38,758 nt of DNA from Octopus bimaculoides (lineage: Eukaryota). This document shows positions 11,306-23,779 of the stretch, in pieces; within the stretch, counting starts at the first letter, position 1, and each line of letters starts with the position of its first letter. A program made the translations under genes and the position numbers. The notes beneath the pieces are model-generated. The model was given only the letters and a program-made list of their open reading frames with translations, did no database searches and had not been told where the DNA came from. The stretch is from contig NC_069003.1 in the NCBI RefSeq assembly GCF_001194135.2, positions 17,509,028 through 17,547,785 of the forward strand. The letters are read 5' to 3'.

Positions 11306-12060
11306 NNNNNNNNNNNNNNNNNNNNNNNNNNNNNNNNNNNNNNNNNNNNNNNNNNNNNNNNNNNNNNNNNNNNNNNNNNNNNNNNNNNNNNNNNNNNNNN
11401 NNNNNNNNNNNNNNNNNNNNNNNNNNNNNNNNNNNNNNNNNNNNNNNNNNNNNNNNNNNNNNNNNNNNNNNNNNNNNNNNNNNNNNNNNNNNNNNNNNNN
11501 NNNNNNNNNNNNNNNNNNNNNNNNNNNNNNNNNNNNNNNNNNNNNNNNNNNNNNNNNNNNNNNNNNNNNNNNNNNNNNNNNNNNNNNNNNNNNNNNNNNN
11601 NNNNNNNNNNNNNNNNNNNNNNNNNNNNNNNNNNNNNNNNNNNNNNNNNNNNNNNNNNNNNNNNNNNNNNNNNNNNNNNNNNNNNNNNNNNNNNNNNNNN
11701 NNNNNNNNNNNNNNNNNNNNNNNNNNNNNNNNNNNNNNNNNNNNNNNNNNNNNNNNNNNNNNNNNNNNNNNNNNNNNNNNNNNNNNNNNNNNNNNNNNNN
11801 NNNNNNNNNNNNNNNNNNNNNNNNNNNNNNNNNNNNNNNNNNNNNNNNNNNNNNNNNNNNNNNNNNNNNNNNNNNNNNNNNNNNNNNNNNNNNNNNNNNN
11901 NNNNNNNNNNNNNNNNNNNNNNNNNNNNNNNNNNNNNNNNNNNNNNNNNNNNNNNNNNNNNNNNNNNNNNNNNNNNNNNNNNNNNNNNNNNNNNNNNNNN
12001 NNNNNNNNNNNNNNNNNNNNNNNNNNNNNNNNNNNNNNNNNNNNNNNNNNNNNNNNNNNN
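11306..12060. other. Assembly gap (others at 541-611, 16784-16878, 23510-23569 and 35039-35671)
   Basis: N runs, mostly bordered by (TA)n tracts. Confidence 0.99.
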
Positions 12061-12429
12061 GATCAGAAACAAGTATGCTGATGTAAAGGAGATACTTGGT
12101 TACTTAGAGGAAAATCAAGAGAAGGAGAGAGAAAGAGAGTGACCAAGGGAAAGAGACAGAGAGTAGGAAACAGCAAAAGTGTAAGAGAAAGTAGAAGAGA
12201 GATGGTGTAGTGTTAGGGTTTACTCACAAGTAACAAGAATATGAGCATAGAACCTAGGTAGAAAAATAGGGGTCGGGGGGAACAGCGATGCAGTGAGGGC
12301 AAGAAAGGGGATTGGAAAACAGTCATAGTTTATGAAAAGAAAATGTGAGGAAGTGAAAGATGCAGTTCGAAGAGGAGTTGTAGTTTGGTTTCTTAGGGGA
12401 GAGTGGGTGAAAAGTGTGTTGTTACAAAT

Positions 12430-14200
12430 GGGTGGGACACAACTCTTCTAGCACTCAGTTTCATAGATGGGTCTTCTCTAGAACCTCATATTGCCAAACA
12501 TCTTGGTCCACAGTCATTTCCTCCATCAGCTCCAACATCCTAAGATTGGTCCTCACCACTTCATCCTATGTCTCCTTCTTCCATAGGAACCATCAACTTT
12601 CAATCACAAGCACTTCTGTATACAGCTGTCTTCATTTGCATGCATCACATGTCCAAACCAACACATTCTCCTCTCCTGCATACCACATTTAATCCCTCTT
12701 ATGCCTAACTTTTCTCACAATTGTGCTTTGTTGATCATGCACACTGATGCTGCAAATCCAATGGAGAATACTACCATGTAACATAGCCATTCTCACACAA
12801 GCATCATACAATCTACCTTTCACTCTGAGAGAGAGTCCTTTTGCTGCCAACAGAGGTAGTAGTTCTCTGAACTTCCTCTATCTTATTCTAAAAACAACAC
12901 TTTCAGAGCATTCACCACCTTTACTACTTTGGTCACCTAAATAGCAAAAACTAGCTACTACCTCAAGAGAGTTTCCTGGGCATTATTGCTTCTGCCCATC
13001 TGCCACACAGGAAAATTACCTTATCTGATAACCTACCCATGATTCCACTGCATCTCTTGTGTCTACAGCTTACACTTGGTGCAGCAAATGGAATTACATT
13101 CCACTCCTTTCCTACATATTGAGCAGGACCATTTACCAGCCAGAATGAAAGTCTTTTCTCATCTCTCACTAACAACAACTTTAGTCTTAGCTAAGTTAAC
13201 TGTAAGGCCCTTTGATTCTAGGTTTTGCTTCCAAACCTGGAACTTCTTCAATTCTGCTTCAGACACTGCAATAAGAGCAAGATCATCAGCATACAGTAGT
13301 TCCCATGGGCATCCAGTTTTGAATTCATCTGTTATGGACTGGAGAACTATGATGAATAAGAGTGAAGTAAGAACTGATCCCTGGCGTACTCCAACTGGTA
13401 TGTTAAATTCATCACTGTATTCAAGGCCAACTCTCACCTTACTGACAGAATCACTGTACATGGCTTGAACTACTCTAACAAGCCACTCCTCCACTCCTAG
13501 CTTACTTAGAGACCATCAAATAAGAGAGCGGGGAATCCTGTTGAAAGCTTTCTCCAGTTCAACAAAGGCTAAGTACAATGGCTTACTTTTGGCCAAATTT
13601 ATTGCAACTGTCTCACTATGAAGATGGCATCTGTGATACTTCTCTCTGGAACAAAACCAAACTGCATCTCATCTAGTTTAATTCTATTCCTAAATAGTTG
13701 AGATATAACTCTCTCTGTAATTTTCATGATCTGATCCAGCAGTTTGATACATCTGTAGTTGTTTCTATCTAAGGCATCACCTTTACCTTTATAGCAGCTG
13801 ACTCTATATACTGCTACACCAGTCTTTGGGGATGACACTTTCCTGAATAACATGATTAACTATGCAAGTGACTAGGCTGATATTCTAATCATCTTGGTAG
13901 TCCATATCTGATAGTCCAGAGGCTTTCCTAGTCTTCAATTTCTTAATTGCCTTATCTATATCAACTCTGATGGCTGGTTCTTCAATTGGTTCAATATTTG
14001 AAAGACTCTCCTTCTCCACATTTAACAACCTTTCATAATGACATCTCCTCGCATCTTTCTTCTCTGAGTCACTAAGCACAAGCATACCATTATCTATTTG
14101 CACACATTTCTAACCTACCACATCTCTATACCCTCTAATACACTGCTTTGCATTCCTGAACATCACATGCCTTTGATCTTCAAGCTGCCTAACATAGCAT
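12430..14200 (-). mobile_element. RTE-type LINE, 5'-truncated, with most of the RT
   Basis: NNYRCIKLLDQIMKITERV, QFGFVPERSITDAIFIVRQLQ, VGVRQGSVLTSLLFIIVL, ELLYADDLAL, then a Cys/His-rich segment and the RTE C-terminus. Confidence 0.93.
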
Positions 14201-14654
14201 ATGAAACAAATCATACTGTTCTATTGTATTGTACTTACTAACATAAAACAGGAGAAATTGTACTAATCTAAGCTACATAATATATGAGAAAATGGCTGGC
14301 AAGAATGCTGTACAGGAGAGAAACATTAATTGGCATTACATGAAAATAAACTAAGACAAAGATTAAAAACTTAAGTTTCTCATTTTCACTTCCAGCAATA
14401 AGAAAGTGTTTATCTTGATATATAAAACAGAGTTGCTGATCTTGATGTATGAGGGATCAAAAGATTCAGTAATCTTTCAGCTACCAAATAAAGTATGTTT
14501 TTTGTACAACTCTTTTTTACTACAAAAATAACCTCAAAATCAAAGTTGGGTCACACAAGTTTGAGGTCTTTAGCTAAGGGAGGCAACTCTACCTGAACAA
14601 TGAGACAGTGGGACACTACTTGATTTAACAACAAATGTAAACACACACATATTA

Positions 14655-14810
14655 GGTGCAAGAATGTGTGGTTGAGAAGTTTGCTTCCTAACCACATGGT
14701 TTCACGTTCAGTCCCTCTGCATGGTACCTTGGGCAAGTGTTTTCTACTGTAGTCCTAGGCCAACCACAGACTTGTGACTGAATTTGGTAGATGGAAACTA
14801 CAGTGTTGTT
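14655..14810 (+). mobile_element. tRNA-derived SINE 5' part
   Basis: gtgtggttgagaagtttgcttcctaaccacatggtttcacgttcagtccc...cttgggcaagtg, same family as 27460. Confidence 0.8.
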
Positions 14811-14925
14811 CATCAGAAAATGACCAAAAACATGTTTATAAAGAAGAGTTGTTTGCTTCATACTCCTCATATGCCAATTCTGCCCTTAAGAAAGGAAGAA
14901 ATAATACAATGTAGCTGTAGGTCAT

Positions 14926-14958
14926 AATACCTGGGCAATGTCGGGGTGCATTGCTAGT
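14926..14958 (+). mobile_element. Helitron-like 3' terminus
   Basis: Degenerate GC hairpin (cctgggcaatgtcgggg) followed by ...gCTAG|T. Confidence 0.35.
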
Positions 14959-15030
14959 ATATATGTGTGTGGATATATATATACTCTATTTGGTAATTAA
15001 TCGATATTAATATATGATTTTTACCCTATG

Positions 15031-15067
<37 letters not shown>

Positions 15068-15130
15068 AATTTAACTGAACCAATTAAACTAAAGGATCAC
15101 ACAAACCTACATAACTGCAGAGGAGAAGAA

Positions 15131-16547
15131 AATGCCGGGACACAAGCCTATGAAAGATAGGTTAACTCTCGCCTTTTGTGCCAATGTGAGTGGAGACTTG
15201 AAGATTAAGCTGCTCTTTATCTACTGTCCTGAAAACCCACAAACGTTCAAGCTGCAGGTCATGTGGAGGGTAAACGTTAAGGCCTGGGTCACCAGGCAAT
15301 TCTTCACTGAGTGGATCAACCTTGTCTTCAAACCAGCAGGGAAAAAGTACCTTTTGGAGAACAACCTTTTTCTCAAGGGCCCTCCATGTCCTCAAAAATG
15401 CTCCTGCTTACCCTCCTAATCTCAAAGATAATATTCTGGATGAATCTAAATTCATAAAAGTTCTGTCCCTTTTATGTAACACCACTCCTAACTTGCAGCC
15501 CATGAACCAATAGGTGATTTCTAATTTTAAGAAATTGTACACCAAACACCTGTTTTGTCGGTGCTTTGAAGTACAAATCTAACCCTTTGTGAGTTTTGGA
15601 AGGAGCACTATAACATTGTTAACTGCCTGAAAAAAGAATCATTGATATGGCCCGGTAGGGTGTAACCAAGAGAACGCTGAACCCTGCATAGTGGAAGCTG
15701 TGGCTTGACTGTGTATCTGAAAGAGACTGTGAAGGGTTTGAGTCTGAGACACCTGTAGTTAAGGAGATAGAGTCTCTTAGCAAGTCCATGGGCCTTGAGA
15801 TTGATGATGAGGACATTAACAATCTCGTTGAGGAACTCTCAGAGGAGCTGACAACAGATGAACTCTTGCAGCTTCAGGAGCAGTAGCATTTGGATGCGGT
15901 GGAAGAGATTAGTTCCCTGGAAGAGGACATTGCAGCAGAGAAGGCTATCTCTACAAGCGGCATAAAAGCAGTGTTGGCAAAGTGGCAGTATGTTTCTGAA
16001 TTTGTAGATAAAAGTCATCCTGAAAAGGTACCTACACATCATGCAGCTGCTTTATTTAATGACAATGCTCTGGTGCATTTTTGTAACAGTTTAAAAGGTA
16101 GGAAAAAGCACACTTCTCTTAATATGTTTCTAATGAAATGACTTCCAAGTGTGAAAAGTGAAGAAAGTGTGTTCAAAAAGGCCAAATTAAGCTAAGTGAG
16201 AGAGAAAATGCCAGAAATTGTTCTTCCTGAAGTTTTAATGGAAGGAGATCCTCCTTTCAAACAATAATCTGCCTCCTCCTCCCTACTCCATCATCTCCCT
16301 TGCACATAAATCATCCCATCTTTAAGGTGATTAAATCAATAAAACCAATTTACATATTTCTTTTGCATTCTCTTTTACTATGATTTTATGATTGTCATTT
16401 TCCTTGTAACTGCAGCTTTTCTGTTTGGGTGGTTTTTGAGAACTGGGACGGATTAATTATATTTTAATTAATTTCAATGGGGAAAAATGATTTACAAAAC
16501 AAGCTTGGTCATGGAACAAATTAAACTTGTACTGCGAAGTATCACTG
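15131..16547 (+). mobile_element. pogo/Tigger-like DNA transposon, 5'-truncated and decayed
   Basis: MPGHKPMKDRLTLAFCAN.SGDLKIK, KAWVTRQFFTEWIN, NAPAYP, NTTPNLQPMNQ. TIR-like 3' end ...gcgaagtatcactg. Confidence 0.9.
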
Positions 16548-16878
16548 CATATGTGTTTATACATATATATGTACATTATGTGTTTGGACATATATTTTTT
16601 TATTTGTTTAAGTCTTTTGCCAAATCACTAAGTTACGGGGATGTAAACACACCAACATCAGTTGTCAAGCGATGGTGGAGGGAGAAACACAGACACACAA
16701 ACATATACATATATATGTACATTATGTGTTTGGACATATATTTTTTTATTTGTTTAAGTCTTTTGCCAAATCACTAAGTTACGNNNNNNNNNNNNNNNNN
16801 NNNNNNNNNNNNNNNNNNNNNNNNNNNNNNNNNNNNNNNNNNNNNNNNNNNNNNNNNNNNNNNNNNNNNNNNNNNNNN

Positions 16879-16928
<50 letters not shown>

Positions 16929-16998
16929 TGCATGCATGTGTGTACATATATATATTTATACATGTATGATGACTGATGCTATTAAAATAATGTCTCAC

Positions 16999-17097
16999 CT
17001 TGAAAGTCTCATCTATACACTTGATCCCTGTATTCTTCACTGATATCGACTCCTGTTTATGGGTTCGACTTGATTTGAGGCCACGCTTGCTCCCTTT
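16999..17097 (-). CDS. PLCL: PLCL exon: basic post-C2 linker (99 nt, phase 0 to 0)
   Basis: Encodes KGSKRGLKSSRTHKQESISVKNTGIKCIDETFK, matching the PLCL pattern K..KR.LS...GLKTIDDIFK. Acceptor ttttcacAG, donor GTGAGA. Confidence 0.9.
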
Positions 17098-17427
17098 CTG
17101 TGAAAACACAATATTCAAGCTTTAATAAAAGCATTCATTTTAGTGGTAAAATCAAAGATAAAAAAATTTTTCACAATTAGTCAATAAAGTTAAAATAAGG
17201 TAAGAAAATAGAAATTTTAGTAAAAAGAAAACCTTTTTTTGATTAGATACTGAAAAGAATAAATAAGTCCATTGATATACATTTCTATGTATTGATTAAA
17301 CCTAAATTTAATATCTATTTATGCTAGTTTTTAGTAGAGCTGTTGTATTGGACTACTGCTTCGGAGCTATTTTTAGGACTCACTATGGCTTGTTGAATAT
17401 TATTTAACACTATGTGCATCCAATCAT

Positions 17428-18002
17428 ACAGCAGTGCTTGGAAGGAAGGTGTGATTATCGCATTGACTATGACAGAGAAAGGTGAGCAGAGAATCTGCAT
17501 CAAATTTTGCCAAAAGCTTGGCAATACTTGCCAGGGACCGATGCAAAGTCTTCATCATTCTCGACACAAATAAAGGAGATTTTGCACCAATGAAACCCGA
17601 GTGTCTTTTTGGTCAGCTGAAAGCAATTTTGGCACAAACTTGGCAGACACGCGTCACATATCCAAATCTTCAGTGATAATGGACTGAACTGAACTGTAAC
17701 TAATCTGCACATCCCCTGATAACTCTCAGATGATGATTCCAGGATTTCCCCTCACAGCTGCAATGTTTTTCTCAGTTCTGCTGGTTGTGTGTCTCCCAGA
17801 ACATTCATCAATATCGACATTTTATCGACCATCTTGGAAATGTCTGAACCACTCATACACTTGTGTGTGGCTCATACACTCCTCTCCATACACTTTCTGC
17901 AACGTTGCGTAGGCCTCTGGGCAGTATTGCCATGACAACTTTCTCTGTCATAGTCAATGCAATGATCACACACTACATACCTTCCTTCCAAACACTGCTG
18001 TA
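17428..18002. mobile_element. Rearranged mariner derivative with inverted 5' ends
   Basis: Plus strand gives MTEKGEQRICIKFCQKLG. Minus strand gives LQKVYGEECMSHTQVYEWFRHFQDGR. 17428-17481 and 17938-18002 are inverted copies. Confidence 0.75.
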
Positions 18003-18144
18003 AACAGCAGAAGTAAGCTAGAATGTTAAAACTTAGTGCACAAGCACAGCAGAGTTCAAGGTCAATCTTAGCCAAGTGGCTTCACTCTTCTTGTTTTAGC
18101 TTCAATATTATGGCAATAGTCCAGATACTTATTGATCAGACCTC

Positions 18145-18179
<35 letters not shown>

Positions 18180-18419
18180 TATATGTATATAGAAGATTTC
18201 AGTGACAAGCAAGATGACTAGTAGGACAACTTAGTATTGTATAAGCGTTTGTCACTGAAATCCAATGAAGTACAAATATGCCCCCAACAAAACACCATCA
18301 TCATACAATCATCACTTTTCAAAAAGTCAAAAAGCGATAGAGTTGTGGCAATGTATGCAGACTTGACTCGTTGGAAGCATACAGTTACATATCTGCATAT
18401 AAGGTGACAGAGTTCTTAT

Positions 18420-20380
18420 CTTAACATTGCTACCATGTTTTTATGGGCAGGAACTGTTTTTGGTGGAGAATCCTGTGCCTGAGTAGCCTTTTTTAGAACA
18501 CTGTTCACCTGGATATACTGAGTAGGTGCTAGTAAAGGTGCACTAAAAATTATGTCTTTTCCTTGCTGGTTAGTTTACTGTGGCTATTTAGCAAGAATGA
18601 ACAAGGAATTGATATAAACGATGATAACAAGTATGCAAGGAATAGGGTTTCTCTTAACCAAGCCTGTTGGAATGTGAGAACCCTTTTAGATTGAGTAGAT
18701 AGGCTTGAAAGAACACTAAGAAACTGAAAGCTTTTATAGCTTATTGTGGCAAGCTTTTGAACATCAATCTTCATCATATCTTCCCTCAAAGTCAAAAGAT
18801 GGAAATGAATCTATTAAAGATCGCCCTGGAATAATGAATAAATGGACAGAACACTTTGCAGATCTTTTCTGTAACCCTTACGTTGTAAACATGGATGAGA
18901 GAGAGAGTTGCAGTAACACATGAACAATACATCTTCAATTGAAGAAGTAAATCTGGCATTATATAAATTGAGATCAGGTAAAGCCTTTGAATTGGACAGT
19001 ATTCCAGCTGAAATTCCTAAAGCAGGAGAGGATCATATTTCATCTGAAATTCATAGCCTCATAACTCGTGCCATAGGCATGGATAAATGGCATTCTAATC
19101 CCTGTATACAAAGGTAAGGGCCCACAATCAGTGTGTGGTAATTTTAGAGGTATCACTCTTTTGGCACATACCGGGAAGATGCTTTCAAGAATCATGTTAG
19201 ATCGTCTCATTGATAATGTGTCCACATATGATTCCTGAGGAACAGTGCGGTTTCAGATCTGAGTGAGGAACAATGGACATGATATTTTCTGCAAGGCAGG
19301 TTTAGGAAAAATGCTTAGAGGGACAAATGCCACTATATCAAGTCTTCATAGATCTAACTAAGGTATTTGACGTGGTAAACAGGGAGGCACTGTGGATTGC
19401 TTTGTGTGTTGCTCAATACATTTTGTACACATCTTTAAGGAACTACATAGAAACATGAAAGCTCAGGTAGTCTTTAATGGTGAGCTATCTCATGAATTTT
19501 CAGTGGATAATGGTGTCAAACAGGGAGATATCCCTACCCCTACATTTATCTCTATTTTGCTGTGTTGCTTTGGTATGCCTTCAAGGATCGCAACAAGGGA
19601 ATCAGAATCAAATTTTGGACATCTGGTCACATTTTTAATCTTACCCAATTTAACTGCAAAGGAAAGATTTTCAGAACACTTGTCAGAGAATTGATTTACA
19701 CTGATGATACTGATTTGTTGGCACACTCAGAGGAGGATATGCAATATATAATGGACAGATGTTCCACTGCATGTGTACATTTTGGACTCACAATTGGTCT
19801 TGGGAAAACCAAAGTAATGTTTACTCTAGTGCCAGGACAAGCATATTTTGAACCAAATATTTTTGCAAATGGAACAAGGTTAGAAGTCATCGACATTTTT
19901 GTTTACCTTGGAATCACACTGTCAAGAGATAGTGGTTTTGATGCAGATATACAATTGAATAGAGAAGGGAAGTGTTACATTTGGAAAGCTGGAAAAGTGA
20001 GTATAGGTGGATAGAGGTATTTCCTTGCAGACAAAAATCAGTGTCTATAAAATGTGTGTGTCAATTACACTTTTTTATTTGAGTGAGATGTGGATCACTC
20101 ACAGGCATCATATAAAAATTACTGGAGAAATTTCACCAAAAGTGCCTCAGGCATATCTTGGGAGTCAAGTAGGAATGTTTTATACCAGATACAGAAGTTA
20201 TGCACATGGCATGTTGTAACTCAATTGAACAACATGTCATCTTGGCTCAAATGAGATGGGCTGGACATGTTATTAGAAGGAAAGATGAGTGATTGTCAAT
20301 GCATCTTTTTTATGGTTTTGTGACATATGACACAAGTAAGAGGTGGTCAGGGTTCAAGATTATCACCTGCCTGGTCATTT
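18420..20380 (+). mobile_element. RTE (BovB-like) LINE retaining its 5' end, with an internal endonuclease deletion
   Basis: CWNVRTLLD followed almost at once by the pre-RT linker, then RGITLLAHTGKMLSRI, QCGFR, FIDLTKVFD, GVKQGD, ELIYTDD and RWAGHVIR. Confidence 0.9.
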
Positions 20381-20384
20381 CGGT

Positions 20385-20745
20385 TTTCATGTGACTTTAT
20401 ATGATTCTGTATCCTACACACAATACATATCCAATATTCACTGTTGATTTCAGTTCCAATCATTCCTTTCTGACAGGCCCTTTTAAGCTCAGACCACCGA
20501 ATCACCTTTTCCCCATCCAGGCGTTGCAACCACTCCTAACAGCAGCTCTCCACTTGTTCCAATCCAGAGCATCAGTTTCCCATTCACTTTTGTTCATATC
20601 TAGTTTCTTCAGGTCTTTTTTCACACAGTTTTTATACTTTTTCCATGGCTTATTTGTTGTCATGTGACCTCCAAAATCTCCAACATTAGAAGACCCCATA
20701 GCTCTGTTCATTTCAGTCTCCTGGACTACTGAATCTGGGACATCA
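20385..20745 (-). mobile_element. RTE LINE 3' fragment
   Basis: KPWKKYKNCVKKDLKKLDMNKSEWETDALDWNKWRAAVRSG. Confidence 0.8.
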
Positions 20746-20979
20746 TTGGTGGCACCACATGCCAAGGATTCATTGAGGGGATCAGATGTTAGCTTGCAAT
20801 TCTGTAGCTTTCTCAGGACTGTTATTGGGACTGAAGGCAACTAGTATTGTTGAATAGCCTGTTCTTTTTTTTTCTACATCTAGTTTAACATGAGTGTACC
20901 ATTGTTCTCTGAGAGAATATTTTAATTTCTTTTGTTTGGTATCTCTCTTCCTCTTTGTGTTTTGTTCATGCGTGGGAGT

Positions 20980-20998
20980 GTGTGTGAATCTCTGTGTG

Positions 20999-21048
<50 letters not shown>

Positions 21049-21250
21049 TACATACATCAGTATATGCACACCTTGTGTATGTACATGCACACTCAAACTT
21101 TGTGTGTGTGTGTGTACATACATCAGTATATGCACACTTTGTATATGTACATAATATATACAGCACACTTACACATATATGTACACACACACACACACAC
21201 ACACAAAATATATATATGCTTGTGTGTGTACATATACATACACACACACA
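20980..21250. repeat. Compound (TA/TG/CA)n microsatellite
   Basis: Dinucleotide runs with a duplicated gtacatacatcagtatatgcacac unit. Confidence 0.9.
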
Positions 21251-21604
21251 ACAGAACTGTACACAATTCATGAATCTATGATAAAGTGTTGCTTAAGGTG
21301 GTGCACAGTGGAACTGAACTCAGAATCACAGGGTTGCAAAAGCAGACTTCTTAATCACACAACAATGCATCCTGTACCTCACCTACATGTTTTTTTTTTA
21401 CCTTTTTCTTTTTCAGTTTTTATCCATTTCAATGCAACACTTGATGTGTGACAGTATGACCTTACAATGTGACATAAGATAGAGCATACAGGTGGAGGAG
21501 GATGGTGTGGGGGAGCAGGCAGGGAGGAACGACAACAAGAAGACATATTTAACTGAAGAAACTAAATATAAGCTGTTTAATTGAAGAAGGAAGATCTTCC
21601 TTAC

Positions 21605-21702
21605 CCCACCACCTCGTCTGTTTGTGATTGCAATATGAACAAACAACGTACTTCCAGGTAATTCATCACCGGTAAAAGACAGAAGCCGAATATGGCGGTA
21701 AC
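21605..21702 (-). CDS. PLCL: PLCL exon: end of C2 domain (98 nt, phase 1 to 0)
   Basis: Encodes (G)[32 protein letters not shown]. Acceptor ttttcaAG, donor GTAAGG. Confidence 0.95.
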
Positions 21703-21774
21703 CTTGAAAAAAAGGGGGAAAAAAAATAATCCAAACAATCACAAACATTAAAAAAAATTCACTTATTAAATGTC

Positions 21775-21970
21775 TTTTATCTTTTACTTGTTTCAGTCAT
21801 TAGACAATGGCCATGCTTGGGCACTGCCCTGAAGGGTCTAGTCAAACAAATCAACCTCAGTACTTATTTTTAAGTCTGGTACTTACTCTACTCAATTGGT
21901 CTCTTTTGCTAAGTTAGAGGGATACAAACAAACCAACATCAGTTGTCATGCAGTAGTGGAGAACAAACTC
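21775..21970 (-). mobile_element. SINE 3' portion
   Basis: tcttttatcttttacttgtttcagtcattagac...ggccatgct...; reverse complement of the 27640-27860 segment. Confidence 0.75.
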
Positions 21971-22249
21971 ATACACACATACATATATACACACACATAC
22001 ATATATATACCCATATATAGAAATGCAATTCATATATACATGTACGCATACAGACAAGCACATGCACACACACACATTTTGCAAACAAGTTGCAGATGCA
22101 AGAGTTACCAGTCGAAAGCTCCACAATACTAGAAGCTAGCAGGTTTATGGGGTCATCAGGAGAGAATGCGCACTGTCTTGGGGTCTTCCTCTCAATAACA
22201 TTATTGAGCACAATCCTCCCTGCCCCCACTTGCTAGATCAATCAGTAAC

Positions 22250-22385
22250 TAGGTTTTACTCAAATCCACTCACAAGGTATTGGTTGACCCAGGGCTACAG
22301 TAGAAGACATTTGCCCAAGATGCTGTGCAGTGGAACCTGATACCACATGGTTGCAATGTGAGCTTCACACAGACATGCCTGCTCC
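22250..22385 (-). mobile_element. tRNA-derived SINE 5' part
   Basis: caaatccactcacaagg...tagtagaagacatttgcccaag; reverse complement of the 27460 head. Confidence 0.8.
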
Positions 22386-23154
22386 TATACAAGATGTAAC
22401 TAAATGTCTCACCATTTAAGTCCAGCACCCTACCATTTCTATTATCAGCAATTCTCTTACATCTATCTTTAAATTTCAATGAATTTTTAAATATATTTTT
22501 TGCCTTTTCCTTTTGTATTTTTTTTAACTTCAAGTTTTCAAGTGTTTCCTGAGAGGTGTATTGTCGGTGTTTGATGTGGCCTTCATAATAGCAAGCAGAG
22601 CTGAAGTGATCTAAAGTGATTTTTCAAGGAGAATGCTACAAGTGGGTGCATATCAATGAGAAACATTTGTTAGAGATATGAGAAATACTAACAAAATTAC
22701 AAGTGATCTGCAATGAATAATCAACAAGTTTAAAACTGGTTGAGAAGAAAAAACCTGTATGAAGTGGTTAAGTCTGATTGTCAAAAATTGAGATAAGAGA
22801 AATAACATACAGAAAACAAGAAAAAAATTATAAAAAGCACCAATAATTGTTTGTTAAATTGATAAGGGTTACATATTTGTAATGGGAAGAGAAAGGAGAA
22901 CATAGTTAATTAAAATTACCTAATACATAGCTAGTATTTATATTATTGCTCAAGAGAATGGAAAGTTGACTAGCAAAATATTTTTTTTGCTACTTGTTGG
23001 GCCAGGATGGAGCGGTAGTGCCCATGGCCTTCACAGGTTTCCTAAACTGGTGAAGTTGATGTTAATGTTTCTCTCATAAAAAATTCTCTTAAGGTAATAT
23101 TCTAGCATGGCCACAGTATTAGGGTTGAAACATATAAAAGAATACATAGCTTTT

Positions 23155-23480
23155 ACCTTCTATCTTTTACTTGTTTCAGGTATTACACTGTGGCTATGCT
23201 GGGGCACTGCTTTGAAGAATTTTAGTTGATTAAATCCTAGTCTTTATATTTTTTAAGCCTGTTACTTCCACTAAATTACAGGGACACAAACACACCCACA
23301 TTGGTTGTCAAGCAGTGGTGAGAGACAAACACAGACAGTTTCCATTTACCAAATCCACTCACACGCTTTGGTAAGCCCAAGGCTAAGTAGAAGACACTTG
23401 CCCAAGGTGCCATGCAATGGGACTGAACCCAAAACCATGAGATTAGGAAGCAAACTTATCCACAGTCACATCTGTGCCTG
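23155..23480 (-). mobile_element. Near full-length SINE
   Basis: Collinear reverse complement of 27460-27860 (head and tail). Confidence 0.82.
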
Positions 23481-23569
23481 CCTATATATATATATATATA
23501 TATATATATNNNNNNNNNNNNNNNNNNNNNNNNNNNNNNNNNNNNNNNNNNNNNNNNNNNNNNNNNNNN

Positions 23570-23645
23570 CAGGAGGACATCTCCTCCAGCTGGCTTATCG
23601 ACACAGTAGTGTGTCGATAAGCCAGCTGGAGGAGATGTCCTCCTG
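23570..23645. repeat. Perfect 36-bp inverted repeat with a 4-nt loop
   Basis: caggaggacatctcctccagctggcttatcgacaca-gtag-tgtgtcgataagccagctggaggagatgtcctcctg; begins directly at the edge of an N gap. Confidence 0.95.
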
Positions 23646-23779
23646 GGGTTAAAAGCAACAGTAACATCCACCCCTAGGGGTCAGCCACACTTAAGTGGCA
23701 ATATACTACACTTTATCGTGCAGTTACTGTTAATACTTCATTTAGAGAATTAACATATATATATATATATATATATATA

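Noticed and set aside
11108-12142. Long ORFs of 257-344 aa (also 34947-35918)
   Set aside because: They are made almost entirely of N-gap X residues.
16560-16783. Exact direct repeat of about 79 bp
   Set aside because: The second copy ends precisely at an N gap and starts in a TA-rich tract, so it is most likely a contig-end overlap artefact.
20782-21451. Cys/Val- and His/Thr-rich ORFs (also 388-636, 31114-31627)
   Set aside because: Products of (TG)n/(CA)n/(TA)n repeats with no coding signal.
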